From positions 95,048,001-95,112,000 of the forward strand of contig CM059432.1 of the NCBI GenBank assembly GCA_030390025.1: 64,000 nucleotides of DNA. Reading direction: 5' to 3'. Under the pieces are notes generated by a model. It was given only the letters and a program-made list of their open reading frames with translations, was not told the DNA's origin and made no database searches. Positions 25,868 to 36,189 of this stretch are shown piece by piece (within the stretch, counting starts at the first letter, position 1; each line of letters begins with the position of its first letter). A program made the position numbers and the translations under genes. The DNA comes from Squalus acanthias (taxonomy: Eukaryota).

Positions 25868-28729
25868 TCAGTACCCTGTACCTGCCTTCTCCCCATATCC
25901 CTTGATACCTTTAGCTTTAAGAAATATATCTAACTCATTCTTGAATATATTTAATGACTTGGCCTCAACTACCTTCTGTGGTAGAGAATTCCACAGGTTC
26001 ACCACTCTCTGGGTGAAGAAATTCTTCCTCATTTCTGTCCTAAATGGCTTACCCCTTATCCTTAGATTATGACCCCTGATTCTGGACTCTCCGACCATCG
26101 GGAACATTCTTCCTGCATCTAGTTTGTCCAGACCTGTCAGAATTTTATATGTTTTGATGAGATCCCCTCTCATTCTTCTATACTCCAGCGAGTATAAGCC
26201 AATCGACCCAATCTCTCCTCATATGTCATTCCTGCCATCCCAGGTATCAGCCTTGTGAATCTTCGCTGAAGTCCCTCCATGGCAAGAACATCCTTCCTCA
26301 GATAAGGCGACCAAAACTGCACACAATACTCAAGGTGTGGTCTCACCAAGGCCCTGTACAACTGCAGCAGGACATCCCTGTTCCTATACTCAAACCCTTT
26401 CGCTATGAAGGCCAACATACCATTTGCCTTCTTCACCGCCTGCTGCACCTGCATGCTTACCTTCAGCGACTGGTGCACAAGGACACCCAGGTCTCGTTGC
26501 ACTTCCCCTTCTCCCAATCTATTGCCATTCAGATAATAGTCTGCCTTTCTGTTTTTGACACCAAAGTGGATAACCTCGCATTTATCCACGTTATATTGCA
26601 TCTGCCACGCTTCTGCCCACTCACCCAACCTGTCCAAATCATCCTGGAGTTTCTCGGTATCCTCCTCGCAGCACACACTCCCACCCAGCTTTGTGTCATC
26701 TGCACACTTGGAGATATTACATTTAGTTCCCTTATCTAGATCATTAATGTATATTGTGAATAGCTGGGGTCCAAGGACCGATCCCTGCGGTACCCCACTA
26801 GTCACTGCTTGCCACTCGGAAAAAGACCCATTAATTCCTACTCTTTGCTTTCTGTCCGCCAACCAGTTCTCTATCCAAGTCAATACCTTGCCCCCAATCC
26901 CATGTGCCTTAACTTTACACGCTAATCTCTTATGCTGGGACCTTATCGAAAGCCTTTTGAAAGTCCAAATACACCACATCTACTGATTCTCCCTTATCTA
27001 TTTTCCCAGTTACATCCTCAAAAAATTCCAGTAGATTAGTCAAGCATGATTTACCTTTTGTAAATCCATGTTGACTTTGTCCGATCCTGTCACTGTTTTT
27101 CAAGTGCTCAGCTATTACATCCTTTATAATGGACTCTAGCATTTTCCCCACTACCGATGTCAGGCTTACCGGTCTGTAATTCCCCGCTTTCTCTCTACCA
27201 CCCTTTTTGAATAGTGGGGTAACATTAGCTACCCTCCAATCCATGGGTACAGTTCCAGATTCCATTGAATGTTGGAAGATGATCAGCAATGCATCTACTA
27301 TTTCTAGGGCCACTTCCTTAGGTACCCTAGGATGTAGATTATCAGGCCCTGGGGATTTATCGGCCTTCAATCCCGTCAATTTCCCTAACACGATTTCCCT
27401 GCAAATACTGATTTCTTTCAGTTCCTCCCTTTCATCAGACCGTATGTTCTCCAACATCTCTGGGAGGTTATTTGTGTCCTCCTTTGTGAAGACAGAACCA
27501 AAATATGCATTTAATTGGTCTGCCATTTCTTTGTTCCCCATTATAACTTCCCCCGCTTCTGACTGCAAGAGACCTACACTTGATTTCACTAATCTTTTTC
27601 TCTTCACATATCTATAAAAACTCTTACAGTCAGTTTTTATGTTCCCTGAAAGCTTACTTTCATATTCTATTTTCCCCTTCTTAATTACTCCCTTTGTCCT
27701 CCTTTGTTGAATCCTAAACTGCTCCCAATCCTCAGGGTTACCGCTTTTTCTGGCCAATTTATATGCCCTCTCCTTGGATCTTATGCGATCCCTAATTTCC
27801 CTTGTTAGCCACGGTTGAGTCACCCTCTTTGTTTTATTCTTATGCCACACTGGGATGAACAAATTCTGTAGTTCATCCATGCAGTCTTTGAATGTTTGCC
27901 ATTGCCTATCCACCGTCAACCCTTTGAGTGACATTCCCCAATCAATCCTACCCAATTCGCGCCTCATACCATCGTAGTTTCCTTTATTTAAATTCTGGAC
28001 CCTAGTCTCTGATTCAACTACTTCACTCTCCATCCTAATGAAGAATTCTATCATATTAGGATCACTCTGACCCAAGGGGCCTCGTACAACAAGATTGCTA
28101 ATTAATCCTTTCTCGTTACATAATACCCAGTCTAAGATGGCCTGATCTCTGGTTGGTTCCTTGACATATTGGTCCAGAAAACCATCCCGTATACACTCTA
28201 GGAATTCCTCCTCCACAGTATTTTTACTAATTTGGTTATCCCAATTTATATGTAAATTAAAGTCACCCATGATGACTGCTGTGCCCTTACTGCATGCTTC
28301 TCTAATTTCCCTTTTAATGCCATCCCCAACCTCCGTATTACTGTTTGGAGGTCTATATACCACTCCCACTAACGTTTTCTGCCCCTTGTTATTTCTCAGT
28401 TCTACCCATACAGATTCCGCATCATCAGAGCTAATATCCTTCCTTTCAATTGTGTTAATCCCCTCTTTAACCAGCAATGCTACCCCACCTCCCTTTCTTT
28501 TTTGTCTATCTTTCCTAAATATTGAATACCCCTGGATGTTGAGCTCCCAGCCTTGGCCACCCTGGAGCCATGTTTCTGTAATCCCAATCAAATCGTATTC
28601 ATTTACCTCTATTTGCGCAGCTAATTCATCCACCTTGTTCTGAATGCTCCTTGCATTAAGACACAAAGCCTTCAGGCTTGTTTTTTTAACGCTCTCAGAC
28701 CTATATGAATTATTATTTACTGTGACCAT
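25868..28729 (-). pseudogene. CR1 ORF2 (APE endonuclease + reverse transcriptase) with two frameshifts
   Basis: Split over ORFs 26930-28729, 26170-26979 and 25868-26173. Motifs LNARS, TETWL, GDFN, GVPQGS; catalytic motif reads CADD instead of FADD. Confidence 0.95.
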
Positions 28730-28851
28730 GTTTGATTTAAACCGTTGAGTTCTTTGCCTTCTACTTTTGTTTTTCTCCTTCCTGTCTTTTGCTTTTATCC
28801 TTGTTTCCCTTGCCTCTGTCTCCCTGCTCAGGTTCCCAACCCCCTGCCACT

Positions 28852-29802
28852 TTAGTTTAAACCCTCCCCAACAGCACTAGCAAACACTCCCTCTAGGACA
28901 TCGGTCCCGGCCCTGCCCAGGTGCAGACTGTCCCATTTGTACTGGTCCCACCTCCCCCAGAACCGGTTCCAATGTCCAAGGAATTTGAATCCCTCCCCCT
29001 TGCACCATTCCTCTAGCCACGTATTCATTTGAAATATCCTCCTATTTCTACTCTGACTAGCACGTGGCACTGGTAGCAATCCTGAGATTACTACCTTTGA
29101 GGTCCTATTTTTTAATTTACCTCCTAACTCCCTATATTCTGCTTTTAGGACCTCATCCCATTTTTTACCTATATCGTTGATGCCTATGTGCACCACGACA
29201 ACTGGCTGTTCACCCTCCCCCTCCAGAATGTTCTGTAGCCGCTCTGAGATGTCCTTAACCCTTGCACCAGGGAGGCAACACACCATCCTGGGGTCTCGTT
29301 TGCGGCCGCAGAAATGCCTATCTATTCCCCTTACAATTGAATCCCCTATCACTATAGCTCTTCCACACTTTTTCCTCCCAGCCTGTGCAGCAGAGCCACC
29401 CATGGTGCCAGGAAGTTGGCTGCTGCTGCCTTCCCCTGATAAGTCATCCCCCCCAACAGCATCCAAAGTGGTATATCTGTTTGAGAGGGGGATGGCCACA
29501 GGGGACCCCTGCACTACCTGCCTGCACCTCTTACTCTGCCTGGTGGTCACCCATTCACTTCCTGCTTGTACACCCTTTACCTGCGGTGTGATCAACTCTC
29601 TAAACATGCTATCCACGACGTTCTCAGTGTCGCGAATGCTCCAATATGCATCCATCCGCAGCTCCAGCGCCGCAATGCGGTCCATCAGTAGCTGCAGCTG
29701 GATACACTTCCCACACACATGGTCGTCAGGGACACAGGAAGTGTCCCTGATTTCCCACATATAGCAGGAGGAGCATATCACAGGGCGGAGCTCTCCTGCC
29801 AT
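28852..29802 (-). CDS. CR1 ORF1: zinc finger/leucine zipper plus SGNH esterase
   Basis: Intact 316 aa; CSSC...CGKC; GDS, HIGIND and DSLH motifs typical of CR1 ORF1 esterases. Confidence 0.9.
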   Translation of the reverse strand: MAGELRPVICSSCYMWEIRDTSCVPDDHVCGKCIQLQLLMDRIAALELRMDAYWSIRDTENVVDSMFRELITPQVKGVQAGSEWVTTRQSKRCRQVVQGSPVAIPLSNRYTTLDAVGGDDLSGEGSSSQLPGTMGGSAAQAGRKKCGRAIVIGDSIVRGIDRHFCGRKRDPRMVCCLPGARVKDISERLQNILEGEGEQPVVVVHIGINDIGKKWDEVLKAEYRELGGKLKNRTSKVVISGLLPVPRASQSRNRRIFQMNTWLEEWCKGEGFKFLGHWNRFWGRWDQYKWDSLHLGRAGTDVLEGVFASAVGEGLN

Positions 29803-30010
29803 GACTTCCCCTTAAATTAATTAATTCAAATTAAATTAAATGAATCCCACCAATTTCACTTCAATTAAATGATATACTCAAGGGCCCTTGTTTAACAGCA
29901 GTCCCCGCTACACCACAGAGACTCTAGAAACTATAAACCACAGAATTTAAGTATGGAAAAAAGGAGAAAGAGAGAAATACTCACCAACCAATCACTTATC
30001 TGCTTTCTGG

Positions 30011-30018
30011 TGACGTCA
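30011..30018. promoter_or_regulatory. Consensus CRE (TGACGTCA) in CR1 5' UTR
   Basis: Perfect palindrome next to a CCAAT motif (~29988-29992); function inferred only. Confidence 0.4.
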
Positions 30019-30065
30019 CACTTCGATTACTTTTTACTTCTGTCTCCCGCTCTGAGATTGGTAAA

Positions 30066-30288
30066 CCTACCTGCTCCTCGGGCTGGCTTTTATACTCTGC
30101 TGTCGCCGCTCCTCCGAGGTCCGCACCGTCGCTGCTGTGGGCCTACCTGCTCCTCGGGCTGGCTTTTATACTCTGCTGTCGCCGCTCCTCCGAGGTCCGC
30201 ACCGTCGCTGCTGTGGGCCTACCTGCTCCTCGGGCTGGCTTTTATCCTCTGCCGCCGCCGCTCCTCCTAGGTTCGCACCGCCGCTGCT
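30066..30288 (-). repeat. 76-bp tandem monomers (~2.9 copies) at the CR1 5' end
   Basis: Units start at 30066, 30142 and 30218; the sense strand has TATAAAAG in two units and GATAAAAG in the third. Confidence 0.9.
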
Positions 30289-30344
30289 ATGTGATCTGGG
30301 AAATGGAAGTTGCACATTGAGGGCTCAGAGCGACTTGCATTTGT

Positions 30345-30566
30345 AATGATGGTCATCCTCAGCCTGTAAACCCTGTGTTGGGTGTATCTCCTGCGGTGAC
30401 GTGCAGTCCTGCGCTGACGCCTTCTGCCCTGTGCAGCATCAGGTGGCTGAGCAGGAGGTTGGCGCTCCTGCTGTTGGTGCTGCTGTTGTGCCTGGTTCTG
30501 CTGCTGCTGCGGCTGCTCTTCCTCCGAATCTGAGGACCAGGATGAAAGGAAATAAATGGTTCCCAT
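30345..30566 (-). pseudogene. Harbinger transposase N-terminal remnant
   Basis: MGTIYFLSSWSSDSEEEQPQQQ...RRRYTQHRVYRLRM, then homology ends; no DDE domain. Confidence 0.75.
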
Positions 30567-31430
30567 GCTGCAGTTGAGGAAGCGCTCAGTCAATGTGGGG
30601 AGAAGATTTCCCCAGGAGGTCACAGTGGAGATGAATCTCAGCTTCACCACTCCCAAGATCAGTAGACCTGCAAAAGGTTTCCCACGACCTGAAAAAACAA
30701 AGTTTTGCCATCTGCAACTGAGCCTTGTTGAGAGCTCCATTTTTATGCTGGAGCTGCAGCTGTGAAGAAGGCAGCCACTTGTGAACCCGCCACAATCAGC
30801 TGGCATGGTTTGGGAACGGCGTGGAACACGCAGAGAAAGTGGTAAAATCTAAAACCGCTGTCAAAATAGCATTATCCAAGCAGTTAACTGCCTTAAGGGC
30901 CTATCCCGCCGCTTGGTGGCGGGACCGATCGAGAGTCTGGGAGGCCGCCTTTGGGAAAGTTGCACGGAGGCGGGTTGACGGCAGGATCGGAACCCGCCGT
31001 CAATTTTTGCGATTTTACCACCTGACCCGCCTCCAAACCCGCCCTCTGAGTGCCGGCAAAATCGCGGCCTGAGTGTCAGTTGGCTATTTCTTCATGGGGG
31101 TATCCTTGCTGAGTCTGATCCTGTCCACATCTGATATCAGCACATGTGCACCTTCTAGTAAGGGCTGGTGAAAAGTAATCAGGATCCAGAATTCGGGCCA
31201 ATTTTCCCCTTCCCTTCTATCAGGATACTGAAGCCAATTGTGGAGCCCTGCACTGCCCCAGTGAGACTGGACCACTCAGACCAGGAATCTAATATATACT
31301 TATCTTGCATGGCTAAATACCACATCTCGAGGTACATGAACTCACTGTAGCACAGGAGAAGTCTTAAATCGAAAAAATGTTAAACAGGTGGGGAATTTGG
31401 TGTTTTTAGTACGTTTTAAATTAGACCTAT

Positions 31431-31703
31431 GGGGTAGAAATTTGACCTCGTGCACGTTTTATGGGCGTATTGGTTGAGCCATTTTTTCAGGTGTCTCTGG
31501 CGGCCGCATTATGCCCTGTCAATATGAAAAAGAGTGACCTACTGCCTGTTTTACTCCCCCCTGGGAAACTGGATATCACAGGGTTGAGCAGGAGCAGGAG
31601 CTGAAAAAACATTGCTGTGAAGCCAAGAGGAGCAGAAGTGCTGCCCCAATTCTACTGTCCTGATCGGGCCTGATCGAGAACGGGTCTAAAGAAATTTCAA
31701 CCC
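31431..31703. mobile_element. Harbinger-type MITE
   Basis: GGGGTAGAAATTT / AAATTTCAACCC ends, TSD TAT. Confidence 0.55.
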
Positions 31704-32135
31704 TATTATCTGTGGTGTTTTTCATACATGTTCAATTATTAACTTTTTGCCAGTTCAGAAAACAATGCTTTATAAGAGTAGATGCAAACACAGAATTATG
31801 TCATCTGATTAGCTGATGGACAGTCATTAAACCCTGATACAGTTCTCTGTTCTGACTCTAATTTAACTACCAAAATAGTACCATAAGTAATCTGAAAGTG
31901 ACTTTGTACCGTGACGTTCTTTGAACTAAATAAAAAAAATAAACCGTGTACTCATGGCTATGGGCTTTAGAATGAATGCCATCATGGAATCCCTTTAGAA
32001 AATTCCAGTTTACAAAGAAATAGGATTAACATGCTTTTTGGAAGAGTTTTATTTAAGCATCGATGACATTATGAAGGAAACTAGCTTGAAGAAATAACTG
32101 AGTCCAGAAGTATGAAACGGCAGAGATAAAGCATA

Positions 32136-34111
32136 GGGCAGAAATTTCCGAGAGATCTTCCTCCTGGAATGGTCTATCTACATCATGGGGTTAATTTTCT
32201 AATGCAAAAAGTCTAAGGAAATGATGACGTAAGTGAATTACGTCACTACTCACGCCATACCACATCATAATTTCCTGGGTCCTTTGCACCGAAACTCTGG
32301 CCAAAACCCTGACTAGTTGGCTAAAAAGAAGCAATTGGCCTCTCTGTGAAATGCTGCAGGAAGACCTGAGGCCGAGGCCTACTTTCCACAGTGCCTTATC
32401 AGTCAAACTTAAGGTGTACACAGCCCTCAATTTTTTTGGCTCCGGTTCTTTCCAGTCATCCACTGGAGATTTCTGCAGCATCAGCCATGTATTCGTCTGC
32501 AGTCGACAAGTGACAGATGCCCTCTTCTGCAGGGCATTAAATTCGACATGTTGCCTGCAGAGCAAAGAGACAGCACCCATCAACTTCCACAAGCTTTCTG
32601 GCTTCCCCAGGGTGCAGAGGGCTGTCGATGGGACCCACGTGCTACTGAAGGCTCCACGCAAGGATCTTGTCACATTTATTAACAGGAAGGGGTACCACTA
32701 ATTAATGTGAAAATTGTCTGCGATGCCTAACAAAGGATCCTGCATGTCAACTCTAAGAATCCAGCAGTTCTCACAGCGCCTCTGTCCTTTACCACTCTGC
32801 CATCTATGAATTATTCAGCAGGGAGGGACAAGGCCTACCCCTGAAGCCGTGGTGGATGGCACCTTTCTGCATTACCTATAATACAGCGCAGGAAAGGTAC
32901 AATTGCACACAGAGGCAAGTAATGGAGAGAACCATCTTCTTCTTCTTCTTCTTCTTAGGCAGTCCCTCGGAACCGAGGATGACTTGCTTCCACATTAAAA
33001 ATTAGTTCTCAGGTGACTGCTGAGTCCAATGAGGGGCCTACAGTCTCTGTCACAGGTGGGGCAGACGGTTGTTGAAGGGGCGGGTGGGTGGGGTGCTTGG
33101 GTTGACGTGCGCTCCTTCCGCTGTTTGCGCTTGGCTTCCGCTTGCTCCCGGCGAAGAAAGTCGAGGCGTTCGGCGCCTTCCCGGATGCTTCTCCTCTACT
33201 TTGTGCGGTCTTGGGCCAGGGATCCCCAGGTGTCAGTGGGGATGTTGCACTTTTTCAAGGAGGCTTTGAGGGAACGCTTCAAGGACACCCTCAAAGCCTT
33301 GAGAGAACCATAGGGTGCTGAAAGATCACTTTAGATGCCTTGACAGGTTGCGGGGTTGGAGTAATGCTGCAGTACACCCCGATAAAGTGGCAAAGATTGT
33401 ACAGGTGTCCTGCACACTGTACAATTTCGCACTGTTGGAAGGCCTCAGCCTGGACTTGGCAGACAAAATGCCCATGGAGCTGGAGGAACCTGGGGTGCAT
33501 GCTCCCGAGCCCAGAGGTGGTGGCCCCTCGGAGAAATCCGCCCCGACAGCCATCAGGGCAGCCAGAGAGCAGGTGATGGTACAGGTGTTCGGCCAACCCT
33601 TGTCACCCATCCGCCCCTGATGTCAAACCCGGCAAATCAAGCAGCATGAGGAAGTCTGAAATAATGATGTTGTGGCTTAATCCCTGTAGACCTGTGAAAT
33701 TAAAGAACGAGAGGCAAGATAATATAACAAACAATAGATCTTTTATTCAGTAAAAAATTGCAATTAAATTTACAAAGCAATTAAACTTATTAAGCAAACA
33801 ACATCAATGAAAATGATGCTGAAAAAACAGCCTTATTAAACTTCCATCCAATAAATGACACCAGGAAAACTTTTATTCAACAAATAACATCATAAAACCT
33901 TTTATTTAACAAGTTTTTATAGTGGCATGCGAAGGTGTTTTGGGGCCCGCCATTGGCTGTGCTACTTCTGACGTCCCTGATTCACCACTATGCTCATTGC
34001 GACATATTCAAATTACTTTCCAGGTAAGTTCGTAAAGGGAAGATTAGCACACACAATGGTGTAAGTTATGGCGTAAGCCACCGATTGAGGTGTTCCAGGA
34101 AATTCTGCACC
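32136..34111 (+). mobile_element. Harbinger element with decayed DDE transposase, no Myb gene seen
   Basis: Imperfect TIRs, TSD ATA. Motifs ALNFFGSGSFQ, GFPRVQRAVDGTHV, FINRKGYH, LKDHFRCLDR, CTLYNFA; stops and frameshifts. Confidence 0.85.
32936..33300 (-). mobile_element. RTE-clade LINE 3' fragment with 5' inversion
   Basis: (GAA)n tail, RTE-type 3' end gtggaagcaagtcatcctcg...gggactgcc, 11-bp TSD GAGAGAACCAT (32925-32935, 33301-33311). Confidence 0.85.
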
Positions 34112-34694
34112 ATACCACTGAAATGACAAGATTGCTGAAACACGCTGAATTAATGATTGCTCTGTCTCTCTCTATCGACTTCAGTACCTTCTCAAAGCAA
34201 GGTTTCTTAATATAATCAATATCCATTGTTTTAAAATAAAACATTCCAAACCAGAAAGGGAGCATGTGAACAAGTGCGAACCTCTAGCAGAATGTAATTT
34301 GTTGTATTGGGTTTATCTTAGTATGGAAATAGATTTCAGTTGTAGGGCTATGATTCTACAGTAGGAGTATCCATTACAGCAAGCATAGCTTTTCAAGCTG
34401 AAAGCTTCATTGTCTTAAAAGATTTGACATTCAGATTAAGTTCAGTTGAAATGTTCATGCTAACAATAACATATCGATAATAAAAGTGCACTACTCTCTA
34501 GTCTGTCTAGTTTTATCCTAATGCACTCTGTCATAATCTCCCTAATGACAGCCCTCACTGTTAAACCACCCGAACTGCACAGCGATCAGAAGAGATTTGA
34601 TTCTTTATTTATAAAACAGACTTGAAATTTACAAGAGGTCAATGGAAAATGGATACCACAGCTCCGAGGAGTCTTAGGAGACCTCGAAACTAAG

Positions 34695-34925
34695 ATAAAA
34701 AGAACAGCAAATGCTGGAATTCTGAAATGAAAGCAAAAAGTGCTGTAAATACACAGCAGGTTAGTCAGCATCTGACAGAGAAAGAGGGGTTAATGTTTTG
34801 CGTGTAAACTGAGTTCCAATGAATGTTACATCCAAAACGTTAACCTTTCACCAGAACTTAGTTTATACCTGAAATGTTAACCTCTTACATGTGCCAATTG
34901 ACCTGCTATGCAATTTTTGTCTTTA
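34695..34925. mobile_element. Old degenerate palindromic Penelope pLTR element
   Basis: gcaaatgctggaattctgaaat...cagcatctg...gttaa arm followed by ctgaaatgttaac...gacctgct reverse arm. Confidence 0.55.
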
Positions 34926-35139
34926 TTTAAGTCTCTAGTTCACAATTTGAAAGCTTTTCAATTACACTTCATCACTCCAGTTAAAGAAATGTTGTTACAG
35001 GTCAAATATAGAAATCCAGTAGTTACCCTTCAACTGGGAGGCTCATTTCTTGCCTGGCTGCAAACACTCAGAACCCGTCGGGCAAGCAAGTGCTACCACT
35101 TTATGATATCATTGCCTTGAACATCTTAGTGAATACATC

Positions 35140-35263
35140 TATTTATTTGCCTTGCACCATCATCACTTTGGTCATTGCATCACTCCTGCCCTCCACTATA
35201 TCACAAATCTCTCCCTTTTGTATTTTCCCTAACCCTTTTCCCTGGCTCTGCACTTACTTAAAA
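35140..35263 (+). mobile_element. Penelope 3' UTR fragment, cut by a hAT element
   Basis: Reverse-complement similarity to ~705-830 (ttgccttgcaccatcatc...ccctggctctgcacttactta). Confidence 0.7.
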
Positions 35264-36049
35264 TAGGGTGACCATATGTCCCCGTTTACCGGGGACAGTC
35301 CCCGGATGAGGTACTGTGTCCCCGTGCAAACAATGTCTCCAGTTCGCAAAACCCGGCCCCAAATACCCTAATTTTTAATTTCTCATGTTGGAATATGACG
35401 TACAACACACATACCGTTCACCCTAACTTGATTACATGTTTCCTTCCCGGGCGCCCCCTGTCAATCACGCCCACCGTGAGCACCGACTGGTCGGGAGGCC
35501 AGTCCTGAGGTGGGCTCGGCGATGTAAGGGGGTCTATTGGTTAGCGTCCACGTCAAGCGAGCGCCGAACGGCAGGCATGCGCCGCCAGCGAGTTCGGCTG
35601 TTCTCCTGACCCAGCCTCACTCAACAACCAAACTGCTAACATATTCTCCCCCCCTCTTCCTTTGCTGCAGGATGTACCAGTTTGAATCGCAGGTGGTCGC
35701 GAGCTGATTAGCCAGCGGGCTTCCGATTTCATCATCTCTTTTTCCATCCCCGCCACAATTCGAAATTGTCACAATTCGGAAGCCGATTGGTCAGTCACTG
35801 ACGGTTACGCCCAATGATTCCGTTAATATATTACGTATTTATTTTTGAAAAAAATGGTCAGTAACTCTGGAGTGCAGTGGAGACAAAAGGACAGGTGCCC
35901 TGCAGCAGTGTCGACAGTGGATACAAAGCACTGATGTTCCTGAACAGTGTTAGTGTATTATTTATAAACCGTGTCTGAACACGCTTCAATAGTGTGATGT
36001 CACATCCGCAGTAATTATATGCACATTGGTTTTGTATTTGTTTTGTATT

Positions 36050-36080
<31 letters not shown>

Positions 36081-36158
36081 GTTTTTGCCTCGCTACGGTG
36101 CCCAACCTACATTTTCTGTCCTGGCTATTTTGCTGTGCTCCCACCCTGTGTGTCCCCA

Positions 36159-36187
<29 letters not shown>
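35264..36187. mobile_element. Non-autonomous hAT (Blackjack-like) element, copy 1
   Basis: TIR TAGGGTGACCATAT; inverted homologue of 52261-53169; flanks ACTTAAAA and CCTAACCA do not form a TSD. Confidence 0.9.

Positions 36188-36189
<2 letters not shown>

Larger units (their letters stand above)
25773..30288 (-). mobile_element. Full-length CR1 LINE
   Basis: 5' monomers, ORF1, ORF2, 3' UTR and (CATAGAAA)n tail. CTAT occurs at both junctions (25769-25772, 30287-30290). Confidence 0.97.
23487..31069. mobile_element. PIF/Harbinger DNA transposon (Myb/SANT gene plus deleted transposase) containing a full-length CR1
   Basis: TIRs GGCTGCGATTTT / AAAATCGCGGCC; TSD TGA (23484-23486, 31070-31072); convergent Myb and transposase genes. 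Confidence 0.9.

Noticed and set aside
27207..29764. Plus-strand ORFs overlapping CR1 (e.g. 27207, 28161, 29177; similarly 4271, 6380, 57404)
   Set aside because: Antisense shadows of the LINE coding frames.
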